Source: an uncultured delta proteobacterium (GTDB lineage Bacteria > Desulfobacterota > Desulfobacteria > Desulfobacterales > B30-G6). From it: a stretch of DNA of 64,000 nucleotides. Numbering within the stretch: position 1 is the first letter of the stretch; every line of letters begins with the position of its first letter. The notes under the pieces were generated by a model. That model saw nothing but the letters and a program-made list of their open reading frames with translations, made no database searches and was not told the origin of the DNA. The position numbers and the translations under genes are program-made. The stretch is from contig CAWGLD010000004.1 in the NCBI GenBank assembly GCA_963823335.1, forward strand, positions 288,001 through 352,000, given 5' to 3'. This document shows positions 1 to 10,106 of this stretch, piece by piece.

Positions 1-720
1 GGTATACAGTGCTTCGCCCAGGGGATTGTCGCGAAAGGTTGTGGCATATTGCTTGGCTTTCCGACGAAGGAATTCCCGGTTGAAAAAGTTGATTTTATCA
101 GAACCCAGGGCCGCAACCGCCCGTATGTTTTTCGATCCCATCAGGGCACCGAATCCGTTGCGACCGTTAAAATGGCCGAGATTGTTGGTAATGTTAGCAA
201 ATAGAACTCGGTTGATACCGGCAAGACCTGTTTGGGCCACCCTGATTTTACTGTTGCCCAATTCATCCCGGATAGCGTCCTCAACTTCTTTTGCACCCAA
301 TCGATAAATATGGGTTGCATCTTTAATTTCGGCCTTGCCGTCATGTATCCATAGATACACAGGTGTTTCGGACCGTCCCCGAAACACAACGGCGTCAAAC
401 CCGGTCTTTTTGAGCTCGGGTCCGAAAAAGCCGGCGGCTTCCGACTCTGCTGCAGTTCCCGTAAGTGGAGATTTTCCAACCACAGCAAATCGACAGGAGG
501 CTGCAAGCGGGGACCCCGTCATGACGCCGGTTGCCATCACGAGAATATTCTCCGGTGACATGGGGTCGGTCCGGGGCGGCACCAGTTTCATCAGGTAGTG
601 GTAACCAATTCCCCTGCCGCCCAGGTAGCTCCGATAAAACGACGTGTCCGGTTCTTCTACCTCGATACTGTGATTGGTTAAATCTATGTGCAGTATTTTA
701 CCGGTGTAGCCATAATTCAT
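1..720 (-). CDS. Aldehyde ferredoxin oxidoreductase family protein (tungsten AOR), N-terminal part; runs off the window edge
   Basis: Not in the ORF track. Manual translation from ATG at 720: MNYGYTGKILHIDLT...YLGGRGIG...KSPLTG...AAGFFGPELKKTGFDAVVFRG...GRNGFGALMGSKN, the AFOR N-domain motifs; GGAG RBS upstream. Confidence 0.92.
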   Translation of the reverse strand, partial: MNYGYTGKILHIDLTNHSIEVEEPDTSFYRSYLGGRGIGYHYLMKLVPPRTDPMSPENILVMATGVMTGSPLAASCRFAVVGKSPLTGTAAESEAAGFFGPELKKTGFDAVVFRGRSETPVYLWIHDGKAEIKDATHIYRLGAKEVEDAIRDELGNSKIRVAQTGLAGINRVLFANITNNLGHFNGRNGFGALMGSKNIRAVAALGSDKINFFNREFLRRKAKQYATTFRDNPLGEALYT

Positions 721-996
721 CGATATTCTCCACATGAAAAGTAAATGTCGTGTATCTCATTTCCAAATCCAAAATGTTATATGCAAGTGTACCCAAAATT
801 TTGCGGCCAGTCAAAATGAAATTTGGGTGTCGATATCGTGTCAATATCCAACGTTCCCTTTTCCCTTGTTGTGATATTATTGCTGTGGAATCTTCTTTTC
901 GGAGTAACCGGAACGTTATTTTGACAAATGTTATAACAAAACATATATTGAGCAATATCATGAAGATCACAAATACGATATCACATCGTTGTCGCA

Positions 997-1070
997 TGAA
1001 CCGAAAAAGCGAGCACATTCCTCGTAGGTTCTGCCGTTCGGCAGTGCTTCGCATCCTGCGCGGTTCTCTA
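997..1070 (-). repeat. TGAA...TTCA REP/MITE-like family copy (degenerate, reverse orientation)
   Basis: tgaaccgaaaaagcgagcacattcctcgtag...ctgcgcggttct matches the copies at 19102, 22056 and 61198. Confidence 0.8.
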
Positions 1071-1087
1071 ATCGAAAGGAGCTACTC

Positions 1088-1639
1088 ATGGGAAAAAATG
1101 TATTGGTACCGGTTGCCGACGGCACCGAGGATCTGGAGGCCGTGGCAATTATCGATGTGCTGCGCCGGGCCGATGCCAAGGTAACGGTCGCATCGGTTAC
1201 TGGAAATCGGCAGGTTACCTTCTCCCGGGGGATGGTGATCACGGCCGACACCCTGTTGGAAAATTGCTTGAATCATGAATATGACCTGGTGGTGCTGCCC
1301 GGCGGTATCCCCGGCGCCGAAAACCTGCGGGATTCCGCTGATCTGGTCAAATTGCTGAAGCGGCAGCGGGAAACAGGCCTGCTCTATGGCGCCATCTGCG
1401 CCAGCCCGGCCGTAATTCTGGAACACCATGGATTACTGGAAGGGCGCCAGGCCACCTGTCATCCAGCATTTGTAGAACAACTCACCAATAAAGACCGCGC
1501 AGCATCCCGTGTGGTGGTGGACGGAAACTGCATTACCAGCCAGGGCGCCGGCACAGCCGTGGAATTTTCACTTGCCCTTGTGGAACAGCTCTACGGCAAG
1601 GAAAAGCGGGATGAGGTGGCGGTTGGTATGGCTCTTTAG
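1088..1639 (+). CDS. DJ-1/PfpI (YajL/ThiJ) family glyoxalase/deglycase
   Basis: GTEDLEAV, LPGG, GAICASP nucleophile elbow, TSQGAGT; AAGGAG RBS. Confidence 0.93.
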   Translation: MGKNVLVPVADGTEDLEAVAIIDVLRRADAKVTVASVTGNRQVTFSRGMVITADTLLENCLNHEYDLVVLPGGIPGAENLRDSADLVKLLKRQRETGLLYGAICASPAVILEHHGLLEGRQATCHPAFVEQLTNKDRAASRVVVDGNCITSQGAGTAVEFSLALVEQLYGKEKRDEVAVGMAL

Positions 1640-2655
1640 CCCGGGTCGGATACCTGCACGATAAGCTTGCCCTTGTTGGAGCCGTCGAACAACATGTTGA
1701 TGGCCTGGGGCGCCTTCTCCAGCCCCTCCACCAAATGGACCCGGTATTGAATTTTTCCCTGGGCAAGCCATTTCCCCAGGTCTGCAACGGCCTCCTGGAT
1801 TCGATCCAGGTAATCGCCGATAACAAAGCCCTGAACCCGTACCCGCTGGGTAAGAACACTGCTGAAATGATAGGGTCCCGGTGCGGGTTTTTGAGCGTTG
1901 TACTGGGATATCAGACCACAAATAACGATGCGTGCCTTGACATTGATCAGGGCCAGAACGCTGTCCAGTATGGCGCCGCCGACATTGTCGAAAAAGACAT
2001 CGATGCCACGGGGACAGTGCGTCTTTAACTGCCCCCTGACATCCTCTGTCTTGTAGTTGATGGCGGCATCAAAACCGAGGGTTTCTGTAATCCAGGAACA
2101 CTTTTCGTCGGAACCGGCAATACCTACCACACGGCAGCCCTTTATTTTTCCGATCTGTCCGACGATGGACCCCACGGCCCCTGCTGCCGCCGACACCACT
2201 AGGGTGTCTCCGGCTTTTGGTTTGCCGACGTCCAGAAGTCCGAAATAGGCCGTCGGCCCCACCATGCCTAACAGCCCCAGGTAGGCTGTCAGATCAGGAA
2301 CTCCGTCCTTGGGCAGACGTGCCAGCCCCGTACCGTCCGAAAGGGCATACGCCTGCCACCCCAGCATGCCCTGAACCAGATCCCCGGTTTTGAATTTGGG
2401 ATGCTTGGACTGCTCCACGACCCCGAGGGCGATACCCCTCATCACCTCGCCGAGGGCCACCGGCGGCATGTAGGACTTGACATCCATAACCCACCCACGA
2501 GCAGCCGGATCCAGTGACAGATAGATGATCCGTATAAGTAGCTCTCCATCACCCGGAAACGGCAAGGCTTCTTCACGCCATTCAAAGTCGGATTCCTTTA
2601 TAAGCCCCACGGGCCGGGAAACCAGACACCATTGTTGATTAACATTCGCTTTCAT
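1636..2655 (-). CDS. NADP-dependent oxidoreductase (MDR, CurA/prostaglandin-reductase-like)
   Basis: YLSLDP, TAYFGLL, SAAAGAVGS, FFDNVGG, NKGKLIV. Confidence 0.93.
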   Translation of the reverse strand: MKANVNQQWCLVSRPVGLIKESDFEWREEALPFPGDGELLIRIIYLSLDPAARGWVMDVKSYMPPVALGEVMRGIALGVVEQSKHPKFKTGDLVQGMLGWQAYALSDGTGLARLPKDGVPDLTAYLGLLGMVGPTAYFGLLDVGKPKAGDTLVVSAAAGAVGSIVGQIGKIKGCRVVGIAGSDEKCSWITETLGFDAAINYKTEDVRGQLKTHCPRGIDVFFDNVGGAILDSVLALINVKARIVICGLISQYNAQKPAPGPYHFSSVLTQRVRVQGFVIGDYLDRIQEAVADLGKWLAQGKIQYRVHLVEGLEKAPQAINMLFDGSNKGKLIVQVSDPG

Positions 2656-2690
2656 GTGTCACCTCCTTTAAGAGATAAACTCTTTTTTAG

Positions 2691-2840
2691 TCTTTTAGGC
2701 GTTTAGACTGTAGGCTGTTAGGTGCCTATTGCTGAGCGCTTTCAGCAACTCTTGTATGCTGTGACGATGGGATGCTGCTGTCCGCTCATAGCTGTCAGCT
2801 ACCCTCGAACTCTCGTATCACCCTCGGACCCTCCAACCCT
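2691..2840 (-). repeat. Composite mosaic of short tandem-repeat modules (homologue of 57391-57531, inverted)
   Basis: gtttagactgtaggctgttaggtg...gctcatagctgtcagctaccc...gtatcaccctcg aligns collinearly with the reverse complement of 57391-57531. Confidence 0.85.
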
Positions 2841-3461
2841 TCATTCCCCACCCGACCTGCCAATCCGGGCACAGATTTCCACCGCCAGGGCAAAGACGAC
2901 GTCCAGGGCAAAAAATCTGCAAACCGATCGATCGAACAGCATGCGGGCCTCCGGGGGAAAGTCGTCATCACCCTGCCAGTACAGCACCACCACCGGTAGT
3001 CGCCCGGTGATTTGAAACCGAAAGGCTGCATCGCCCATTTCGACAGGTTCTCCGTGCAGAGCCCTGCATCGGCGACCAAAAGCCGCAATATCGTTCTGGT
3101 AGGTCCGGGTTATCAGATCGGTTGGGATAGCATGCGGGCCCCGAAAAAAGGTGGGTCCCCCGGGAATATCCTTTTCGGAAATCCACTCATCCTCAATGGC
3201 CGTTTCTGCAGTGGTCAATAGATAATGGATAATGAAAATCGATAAATACTCATGAACCACAAGCGAGTCCTTGCCCTGGCGTTGAATTCGATGCCCATGG
3301 GGATAAATGTTATAGACATCCCCCCAAACTTCCAATTCGTAGCAGTCCCTGTCATAATTGTAACGGCATCCTGCCTGCCGGCAGACATTTTCGGGATTCT
3401 TTTCTGCCAGTTCTTCGTAATGTATCGGTGCTATTAGGTCGGCCACGGTCTTTCCTTTCAC
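2841..3461 (-). CDS. DUF3786 domain protein
   Basis: WISEKDIPGGPTFF, GDAAF, LYWQGDDDFPPEARMLFD; GTG start overlaps the upstream stop. Confidence 0.85.
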   Translation of the reverse strand: MKGKTVADLIAPIHYEELAEKNPENVCRQAGCRYNYDRDCYELEVWGDVYNIYPHGHRIQRQGKDSLVVHEYLSIFIIHYLLTTAETAIEDEWISEKDIPGGPTFFRGPHAIPTDLITRTYQNDIAAFGRRCRALHGEPVEMGDAAFRFQITGRLPVVVLYWQGDDDFPPEARMLFDRSVCRFFALDVVFALAVEICARIGRSGGE

Positions 3462-4906
3462 TTCCCGGACCCCTGGTCAAGAAATCCCGCCAGTGTTTCC
3501 CGGTCATACCACCTTCCGGCAGCCATGACACCCCTGATCTTACGGGTGTTGGCCACATCTTCCAGAGGATTTTGTTCCAGCAGTATAAAATCCGCTCTTT
3601 TTCCGGGCAGGATGACGCCAAAATTATCCTGCCCGGTCATTCGCTCAACAACCCTTGAAGCAACAACGGTTCCCGCAGCAATGGCTTCATAAGGTGTAAA
3701 ACCGTTTTCCACCAGGATTTCAAGCTCATCATGCAGAGAAAAACCCGGTACGACGCCCATGCCACCTGTTCCGGCATCCGTGGACAGCAGCAAGGGCAAG
3801 CCGCTCCTTTTCAAACAGGTCAGCAGTTTTTTATCCAGCGCGTACTTGAAAGGTGCAAACACCTCGCCCCCCTTGAACTGCCGCTGGTGTTTCTCCGTCC
3901 CTGCCAAAAAGCGTTCCCGGTAACCATTCGGCATATATCGGAGTTCCGGCTTCTGCAGAAAAAGATCCGGTGCCGACAGTTTCTGCACGAGAACATCATC
4001 CACCACCAGCGTGGTGCAGACAGGAATGTCTCTGCCCTTGAGCTTGCTCACTACCGATGCAACCATTTCATCGATCTTCAGGTCTCTTTCCTGCGGCTTG
4101 AGTGCGAGATAGGGTTCAAACTGATGAAAGGTTTGCTGGATGACATAGGCCATCCACTCTCCTTCGCTTTCAAAATAGCGCCGGCGATCGAAATCGGAGA
4201 ACTCCCACAACAACTCTTCGATATGGGCAATTTCATCCATGCCCTCAGCCAGGACACCGTCCAGCCCCACCTGAAACGGAATGTGGCCGGCCGTATAAAA
4301 ACCGAGTTTTTTGGCCGTCGACAAGATCGCATGGTACTCATCCCTGGTAACATAGGAATAAATCTTAATGAAGTCAAAATGCCGGTATCTCTGGCTGATG
4401 ACAATATTTTCGGGGTTGTTTTTGAAATGACCACGCAACTGCGGGCCACAGGTCAAAATACTGGGCCCGGCAAGACGCCCCGCATCAATTTCCTTCCGCC
4501 ATGTAAGACCATATTGACCGGACGTCCCCATCGGTCCGAAGCAGCGGATCGTGGTGACACCATTGGCGAGATAAAGCTTCAAGGGAGACACCGGCCAGGC
4601 ATCGCTCATCCAGTTGTATCGCAGATGCATGTGCATGTCCGCCAGACCCGGTATCAGGTACCTGTGGCCGCAATCGATCACCCTTGCATTCTGCGGCACG
4701 GCTGTCTGACTACCAGGACCAACGGCGATGATCTGTTTCCCCCGGACCATAACGGTTTGATCGGGCAGAACGGTTTCGCTGGTCATGGGTATCAAATTGG
4801 CATGGATGAATACAGTTGGATCGTTTTCCTGGGCGGCAATACCTTCAGTAAAGAAAATCCAGGCAACCCATAGGACCATGATTTTCAGAATACGCCTGTA
4901 TTTCAT
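3458..4906 (-). CDS. Secreted amidohydrolase family protein
   Basis: Signal peptide; LIPGLADMHMH, LANGVTT, STDAG, PGFSLHDEL, GKRADFILL. Confidence 0.9.
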   Translation of the reverse strand: MKYRRILKIMVLWVAWIFFTEGIAAQENDPTVFIHANLIPMTSETVLPDQTVMVRGKQIIAVGPGSQTAVPQNARVIDCGHRYLIPGLADMHMHLRYNWMSDAWPVSPLKLYLANGVTTIRCFGPMGTSGQYGLTWRKEIDAGRLAGPSILTCGPQLRGHFKNNPENIVISQRYRHFDFIKIYSYVTRDEYHAILSTAKKLGFYTAGHIPFQVGLDGVLAEGMDEIAHIEELLWEFSDFDRRRYFESEGEWMAYVIQQTFHQFEPYLALKPQERDLKIDEMVASVVSKLKGRDIPVCTTLVVDDVLVQKLSAPDLFLQKPELRYMPNGYRERFLAGTEKHQRQFKGGEVFAPFKYALDKKLLTCLKRSGLPLLLSTDAGTGGMGVVPGFSLHDELEILVENGFTPYEAIAAGTVVASRVVERMTGQDNFGVILPGKRADFILLEQNPLEDVANTRKIRGVMAAGRWYDRETLAGFLDQGSGK

Positions 4907-5142
4907 GATTGATTTTCCTTTCAGGATCAAACCTTAAAAGCTTCTACTGCCAGAGGTAGTTAAATAATGATGTTATCCAAGTCGAAAATAAGGAATGTCG
5001 AATATCGAACAAGAAACCGCAGAATAATGAAGGGTATTCTTTGATCTTGGATGACCCTATTTCTTCCCGCAATGGTTTAAGACATACTGACTTGGGACCT
5101 GGGAAATCTGAAATCTGTCAGTTACCCTCGAACCCTACAATC

Positions 5143-5316
5143 TTTGTTGCTTTGTTCATTGTGTTCTTTGGGTTTATTGTGTTGCTTAATGCCGTCGGTA
5201 TATGGCCTTCAACATGTTTCCGTTTCGTCAACCCAATGAACCCAAGAAACTCAATAAACTCAATGAACTCTATTCCCTTCCAACCCTTGTATCACCCTCG
5301 GACCCTTAGACCCTAA
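5143..5316. repeat. Inverted pair of degenerate 9-mer tracts followed by the octamer-type module
   Basis: tttgttgctttgttcattgtgttctttgggtttattgtgttgc faces tcaacccaa-tgaacccaa-gaaactcaa-taaactcaa-tgaactc; then acccttgtatcaccctcggaccctta as at 26406-26431. Confidence 0.8.
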
Positions 5317-6084
5317 ACGTTTCCCATGCCGCCCCTCACCCCTGGAAAACCTGGCAGCGCCCTGAAAGGTTTCACCCTGCTGGATCGTACCCATACCGTG
5401 TTTGAATTCGTTTTGTATGGCCGCTTGAAACGTCAGCCCCCACTGCTCGTAGACACTCAAACGATCACTGCGCATGCAGGCCTGTGGGAATTCGGAAATT
5501 TCTTTGGCAAGTTTCTCGGCGGCAGACCGTGCTTCGCCCTGGGGTACGACCCGGTTGACCAGGCCGATGGCTTTGGCTTCGGCAGCTTCCACCGGTCGTC
5601 CGGTGAGGATAAGATCCAGGGCATGACCCATACCGATCAGACGCGGCAATCGTATGGTACCGCCATCGATCAGCGGCACGCCAAATCGTCGGCAGAAAAC
5701 ACCCAGAACGGCTGTCTCCTCCATGACGCGCATATCACACCACAAGGCGAGTTCGAGCCCGCCGGCCACAGCATGGCCCGCAATGGCTGCAATGACGGGT
5801 TTTTGCATCATCATTCGACTGGGCCCCATGGGCCCGTCTCCATCGGGAGCAAGGCGATTCCTCCGCCGGCTGTCCTGGCTGGCTACCGCCTTAAGATCGG
5901 CGCCCGCACAAAATGTATTACCCGCGCCGCACAACACAGCCACCGTAAACGCATCGTCTTCATCGAACGCCCTGAATGCATCCGCCAGTGCCGATGCCGT
6001 GGGGCCATCCACGGCGTTTTTCGCTTCAGGTCGATTGATAACCACCGTGAAGATCGTGTCACGTGTTTCAATACGAATTGACAT
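5260..6084 (-). CDS. Crotonase/enoyl-CoA hydratase family protein
   Basis: FCAGADL, KPVIAAIAGHAVAGGLELALWCD, FCRRFGVPLIDGGT; GGGGAGG RBS; C-terminus runs into a repeat tract. Confidence 0.93.
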   Translation of the reverse strand: MSIRIETRDTIFTVVINRPEAKNAVDGPTASALADAFRAFDEDDAFTVAVLCGAGNTFCAGADLKAVASQDSRRRNRLAPDGDGPMGPSRMMMQKPVIAAIAGHAVAGGLELALWCDMRVMEETAVLGVFCRRFGVPLIDGGTIRLPRLIGMGHALDLILTGRPVEAAEAKAIGLVNRVVPQGEARSAAEKLAKEISEFPQACMRSDRLSVYEQWGLTFQAAIQNEFKHGMGTIQQGETFQGAARFSRGEGRHGKRLGSKGPRVIQGLEGNRVH

Positions 6085-6169
6085 ACTGCCTCCCCTCAGC
6101 AAATGGCAGGTTCGAAAGAATCGAGTTTCGATAACAACAAAGCCACGTAACGATCCTGCCACGAAAGTT

Positions 6170-6748
6170 TCATGATTTTTTCTTCAATGCCCTGCCGATA
6201 TCGAAGGCCTTGCCGACATACGCTCCGACACCATGGTACACTTGGATGTCGGGACTGAAAAGAATGGGACGGACTTTCTCGATGTCTGGTTTACCATCAT
6301 CTCCCAAGACCTTTTCCTCCACCTTGACATCCAGTATCTCGCCCACAAAGTGTGTGTGCAACCCGATTTGATAGTGGTGAATGACACGGCATTCCAATAC
6401 CATGGGAAATTCTTCTACAAACGGGGCATCAACAAGTTTCGACCTTGTCGCTGTAAGTCCTGTTTGCGCAAACTTATCTTCGGTCCGGCCAGAAACGATA
6501 CCGAAGAAGTCTGCAGCTGCAGCGTGTGTTTCAGATGGAACGCTCAGGGTATAGGCTTTCCTCTGCATTATATTTCCATAGGTATAGGTGGCTTTGCGAA
6601 GTGAAACAGTTACACAGGGCGGACTGGAGCAGCAGATGCCTCCCCAGGCAATGGTCATTACGTTGGGACTTCCATGGGTGTCGTAGGACCCCACACACCA
6701 TACGGGCGTTGGAAAGACAAGTGTCTTGGAACCGAAAGATTTTTTCAT
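6170..6748 (-). CDS. Flavin reductase family protein (flavoredoxin-like)
   Basis: PNVMTIAWGG, FFGIVSGR, APFVEEFPMVLEC, HTHFVGEI. Confidence 0.9.
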   Translation of the reverse strand: MKKSFGSKTLVFPTPVWCVGSYDTHGSPNVMTIAWGGICCSSPPCVTVSLRKATYTYGNIMQRKAYTLSVPSETHAAAADFFGIVSGRTEDKFAQTGLTATRSKLVDAPFVEEFPMVLECRVIHHYQIGLHTHFVGEILDVKVEEKVLGDDGKPDIEKVRPILFSPDIQVYHGVGAYVGKAFDIGRALKKKS

Positions 6749-6801
6749 TGTGCGCACCCCCTGTGAGTAATTGCCAATGCTTTGGCGATGAACTTTCAGG
6801 A

Positions 6802-6830
6802 AATCTATAATTGCACAACAAAATAGTCAA
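6802..6830 (-). promoter_or_regulatory. Putative sigma70 promoter for the flavin reductase gene
   Basis: Minus strand TTGACT-N17-TAGATT. Confidence 0.5.
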
Positions 6831-7022
6831 TGCCAAGCATGGGAATGGCTTTTCAGGGCAAGGGCTGCGCCAGCAGGATATGGGGATTGGTTGTTTTACA
6901 AACCGCACGATGGGCACCCGGGTCCAAAGGGCCCGGCACTGATTCAAACCTATAAGGGATTAATAGTATGCACATTCAGTGTGTGATAAATTCTAAATCC
7001 GACTATCGAAATACGAAACACG

Positions 7023-8441
7023 TTATGCTGCTCCCTCCAGGAGCCAGTTGATCACATCTGCTGTCTTATAGGATGCCCGATCCTTTAAAAAGCGCCCGAC
7101 GGTCATGATCCCGTCCCCGGAGGTGACTAGATTTTTTTCAACATATCCGCTCTTTCGCATCTGTCCCAGGCCGATGTTCGACATCAGCGCATTGCAGAGG
7201 CATTTCTTGCCTTTTATGTCATCTGCATTACCGCCTTTGGCAACAAAAACGGATTTTGGTTCCGCGGGGCAACGGTAGCCGATCTTGCCGTCGGGCTTTT
7301 CATAGAGATGCCTCAGGTACCCGAGGTCACACTTTCTGGATCTTTCCTGATAGGTCTCGTCCTCAGACAGCGATCCAGCAAGAGAGAGCACCTTAAAAGG
7401 GAATCCAGTGGGTGACGCAGAAGGATCTGTAAATACGGTAGCGGTTCCCTTGCGGATGTTTTCAATGGCCAGCTTCTTAATGTCCTCCGTGAAACCCGAT
7501 TCCTCTGAAAAAGCCAGCACCGTTCCAATTTGTATGCCTTTGGCCCCCAGGGCAATAGCCTCCTTCAACTTCTCCGGTGTTCCCCATGATCCCGCCAGCC
7601 AGAATGGCAGACCAAGGGCTTTTATTTTTTCGAGTTCGATGGCGTCCCGCTCACCATAGACCGGTTCTCCCAGATCATTCAATACGAGTTTTCCCCTGGG
7701 TGGTGCATTGTGTCCACCGGCTTCAGGCAGCTCCACAACAAATCCATCCACTCTGCCGTTAGCCTTTTTAGCCATCATGGTGGCCAGCAAAACTGACGAG
7801 ACAATCGATAAAAATCTGGGCCGTTTCAGCGGGGGCATCTTTTTCTGCAAGAAAGCTTTTGGATCGAAGGTTGCGTGAAAGCGATTGCCATTGAGAGCCC
7901 CCACAGCTATCTTGAGCGACACCTCCTGGTGATCTGCCAGGAGATCCAGGACACCAGGAATCTCACGTGGTATGCCCGCCCCCATGATGACATAATCCAC
8001 GCCGGCAAGCATGGCACCGTATAGAGCGAACATATTCGGCAGTTGAACCTTCTCCAGCAGGTTTGTGCCCACAGGGTTGTCATGCCCTTCCTTGGCAAGG
8101 AACACCTCAGCAAAATTAGCCACCACCGTCAATTCCATGGTCTGCTGATCCGTATCGATAGATATCATGGGAGGGGTCGTGAACGGTCGTGGTCCGGAAT
8201 TGTCGGCAGGTCTGTAGTAACGGGCCAGGACTCTGTCCACTATACCGGTATCCGGAAAGTGTCCCATTGCCCGCTGCATGTGTCCTCCGGGATCTCCGAG
8301 CTGCAGTCTGCGGGAAAAAATCGTATCGAGGGCGGTGCCGGAGATTACTCCCAGCTGCCCTGTCCGGGAAACGGCCTGTGCCAGCTGCCAGTTCGATACA
8401 CCGGCCCCCATGCCGCCCTGAATGATCGTCGGGTATGTCAT
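7023..8441 (-). CDS. Nitronate monooxygenase / FabK-like FMN-dependent oxidoreductase
   Basis: IIQGGMG, AGGHN, GIQIGT, ASPTGFPFK, C-terminal Cys cluster (CDLGYLR...C...CLCN). Confidence 0.88.
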   Translation of the reverse strand: MTYPTIIQGGMGAGVSNWQLAQAVSRTGQLGVISGTALDTIFSRRLQLGDPGGHMQRAMGHFPDTGIVDRVLARYYRPADNSGPRPFTTPPMISIDTDQQTMELTVVANFAEVFLAKEGHDNPVGTNLLEKVQLPNMFALYGAMLAGVDYVIMGAGIPREIPGVLDLLADHQEVSLKIAVGALNGNRFHATFDPKAFLQKKMPPLKRPRFLSIVSSVLLATMMAKKANGRVDGFVVELPEAGGHNAPPRGKLVLNDLGEPVYGERDAIELEKIKALGLPFWLAGSWGTPEKLKEAIALGAKGIQIGTVLAFSEESGFTEDIKKLAIENIRKGTATVFTDPSASPTGFPFKVLSLAGSLSEDETYQERSRKCDLGYLRHLYEKPDGKIGYRCPAEPKSVFVAKGGNADDIKGKKCLCNALMSNIGLGQMRKSGYVEKNLVTSGDGIMTVGRFLKDRASYKTADVINWLLEGAA

Positions 8442-8698
8442 CGGTTCCCCCAAATAAAACCGCATAATAATTTAGAACACGCGCCGTTGTCCTCTTTTTG
8501 GCGCGAAGTTGAAGAACTGCGCATAAAACCACGCTGAATGCGCTTTCTGTTGCGGTTCAGTTTAAAAAATACTCGCTAATTATTAGGGTAATTGAAAGAC
8601 GGTTGCAAGTTTGACAATGAGGATGACAAATCTTTTACAAACAACTTCTGAGAAGTGCCTTTTATAAGCAAGCCAGGCTTCCGATAAGGATTGTCTTA

Positions 8699-8727
8699 TT
8701 GACAATAAAAGCGGGTTATAATAGTTT
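8699..8727 (+). promoter_or_regulatory. Putative sigma70 promoter for the kinase-like gene
   Basis: TTGACA-N17-TAGTTT. Confidence 0.45.
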
Positions 8728-8795
8728 ACGAAAAAATTAATTCTGTACATGGACTGGTTGGAAACATTTCTCACCATTGATGCGAGGATTTTGAT

Positions 8796-10106
8796 ATGTC
8801 TCCAGATTCCAACAACAAAGCCACTTACTACGGCAGGATCCTGAACGGTGATTTCGGTCCAGAACTCAAAGAGAAATTAAGAAAGGCAATTCCTGCTTTT
8901 CATGTCTTTGACCAGGCAGGCTCGCCGGCCATCCCCTATATTTCTGCCTGGCAGGGAAACGAAAAGAATATCTGGTATGAATTCGTTAGCCGGAAATTCC
9001 TGGCCCTTCTTGATTGCGGCCCCACCAATATCGCAGATATACTTCGCTCGGCCATTGTGGACCGCCGGATATACAAATCCAGTTTTGCCGATCCCCTGGA
9101 CGCCACAGAAGTTACCAGCCGCGAGGAACTGAACGCATTCCGGGAAGTGCTCCGTGAGAAAAGCGAAAAAACAGGTCTCATCGAAGCCGTGTACCAACTC
9201 AAGCTTTCATCGGACAAACCTATCTGGCTGAAAGATCAGGCCATGATCGTGACCTATCCTGAAGATGCCACATCCCTGTCTTTTGGTTGTCTAACCATCG
9301 TCACCACCGAAATGGAAGTCGAGGAAGAACGTCAGCGCTTGATATCAGAAAAAAGCCGCCTGGAAAATCAGCTTCAAAAAATACATCATTTCGAGGCCAT
9401 CGGAAACCTGGCAGAAGGAATCGCCCATGACCTCAATCAGAAGATTCTCGGCATCGAAAGAAATATCGCTGCAACCATCGAAAGTCTCGGGAACGATTAC
9501 CACGGTGATTCTTCAGCCTTTCAGGATTATCAGAACCTGAAAACAGCTGAACAGCAGATCAAGGATATCAAGCATATTTCCAGCCAGTTGTTGATCTTTG
9601 CCGGAAAGGGCGACTACAACTATTACGAAACCGATCTGAATGAAATCATGACCTATGCACTGCGGGAATTCCGACTGATGATGCCGGCGGTGGAACTGAA
9701 GATACAGTGTCAGGACAATCTATGGAAAGTGAGTTCAGACCGTGCCATGATCAGCCGTGCCCTGTTGAACATCTGCCGGCACGCAGCGCAGCTGGCACCC
9801 GAAACCCGGGAGATTGAAATAGAATCCCGAAACATCACCCTGTCACCCCAGTTTGTGGAACCCTACAGAAGAGATCCGGGTGACTATGTTCTGTTACGTG
9901 TAACAAATCCTATCGCTATACTGGATGAAAATGACGTGGGTCAGGTTCTCGAACCGTTCAGCAACACTGACCGAGGCCTGCGGATGGCATCTGCATTCGG
10001 TATCGTCAAGAAACATAGCGGTGTCCTGACAGTGTCCAGCGATACTCAAAAAGGCTCTGTTTTCAGCGTATATCTGCCGACAAGCAACTCCCAATATGGG
10101 AATTAG
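8796..10106 (+). CDS. Sensor histidine kinase-like protein (PAS-like N-terminus, HisKA, degenerate HATPase)
   Basis: H-box AIGNLAEGIAHDLN retained; C-terminal FGIVKKHSG...GSVFSVYLP; N, G1 and G2 boxes degenerate. Confidence 0.85.
   Translation: MSPDSNNKATYYGRILNGDFGPELKEKLRKAIPAFHVFDQAGSPAIPYISAWQGNEKNIWYEFVSRKFLALLDCGPTNIADILRSAIVDRRIYKSSFADPLDATEVTSREELNAFREVLREKSEKTGLIEAVYQLKLSSDKPIWLKDQAMIVTYPEDATSLSFGCLTIVTTEMEVEEERQRLISEKSRLENQLQKIHHFEAIGNLAEGIAHDLNQKILGIERNIAATIESLGNDYHGDSSAFQDYQNLKTAEQQIKDIKHISSQLLIFAGKGDYNYYETDLNEIMTYALREFRLMMPAVELKIQCQDNLWKVSSDRAMISRALLNICRHAAQLAPETREIEIESRNITLSPQFVEPYRRDPGDYVLLRVTNPIAILDENDVGQVLEPFSNTDRGLRMASAFGIVKKHSGVLTVSSDTQKGSVFSVYLPTSNSQYGN

Noticed and set aside
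900-990. ModE/TunR-type operator upstream of the AOR gene
   Set aside because: Only short AT-rich palindromes (tgttataaca; acgat-N5-atcgt); not distinguishable from chance by eye
3731-4873. Long antisense ORFs (also 5326-6081, 25389-26294, 42739-43572, 44356-45333, 48561-49544)
   Set aside because: Shadow ORFs opposite well-supported genes, with no motifs
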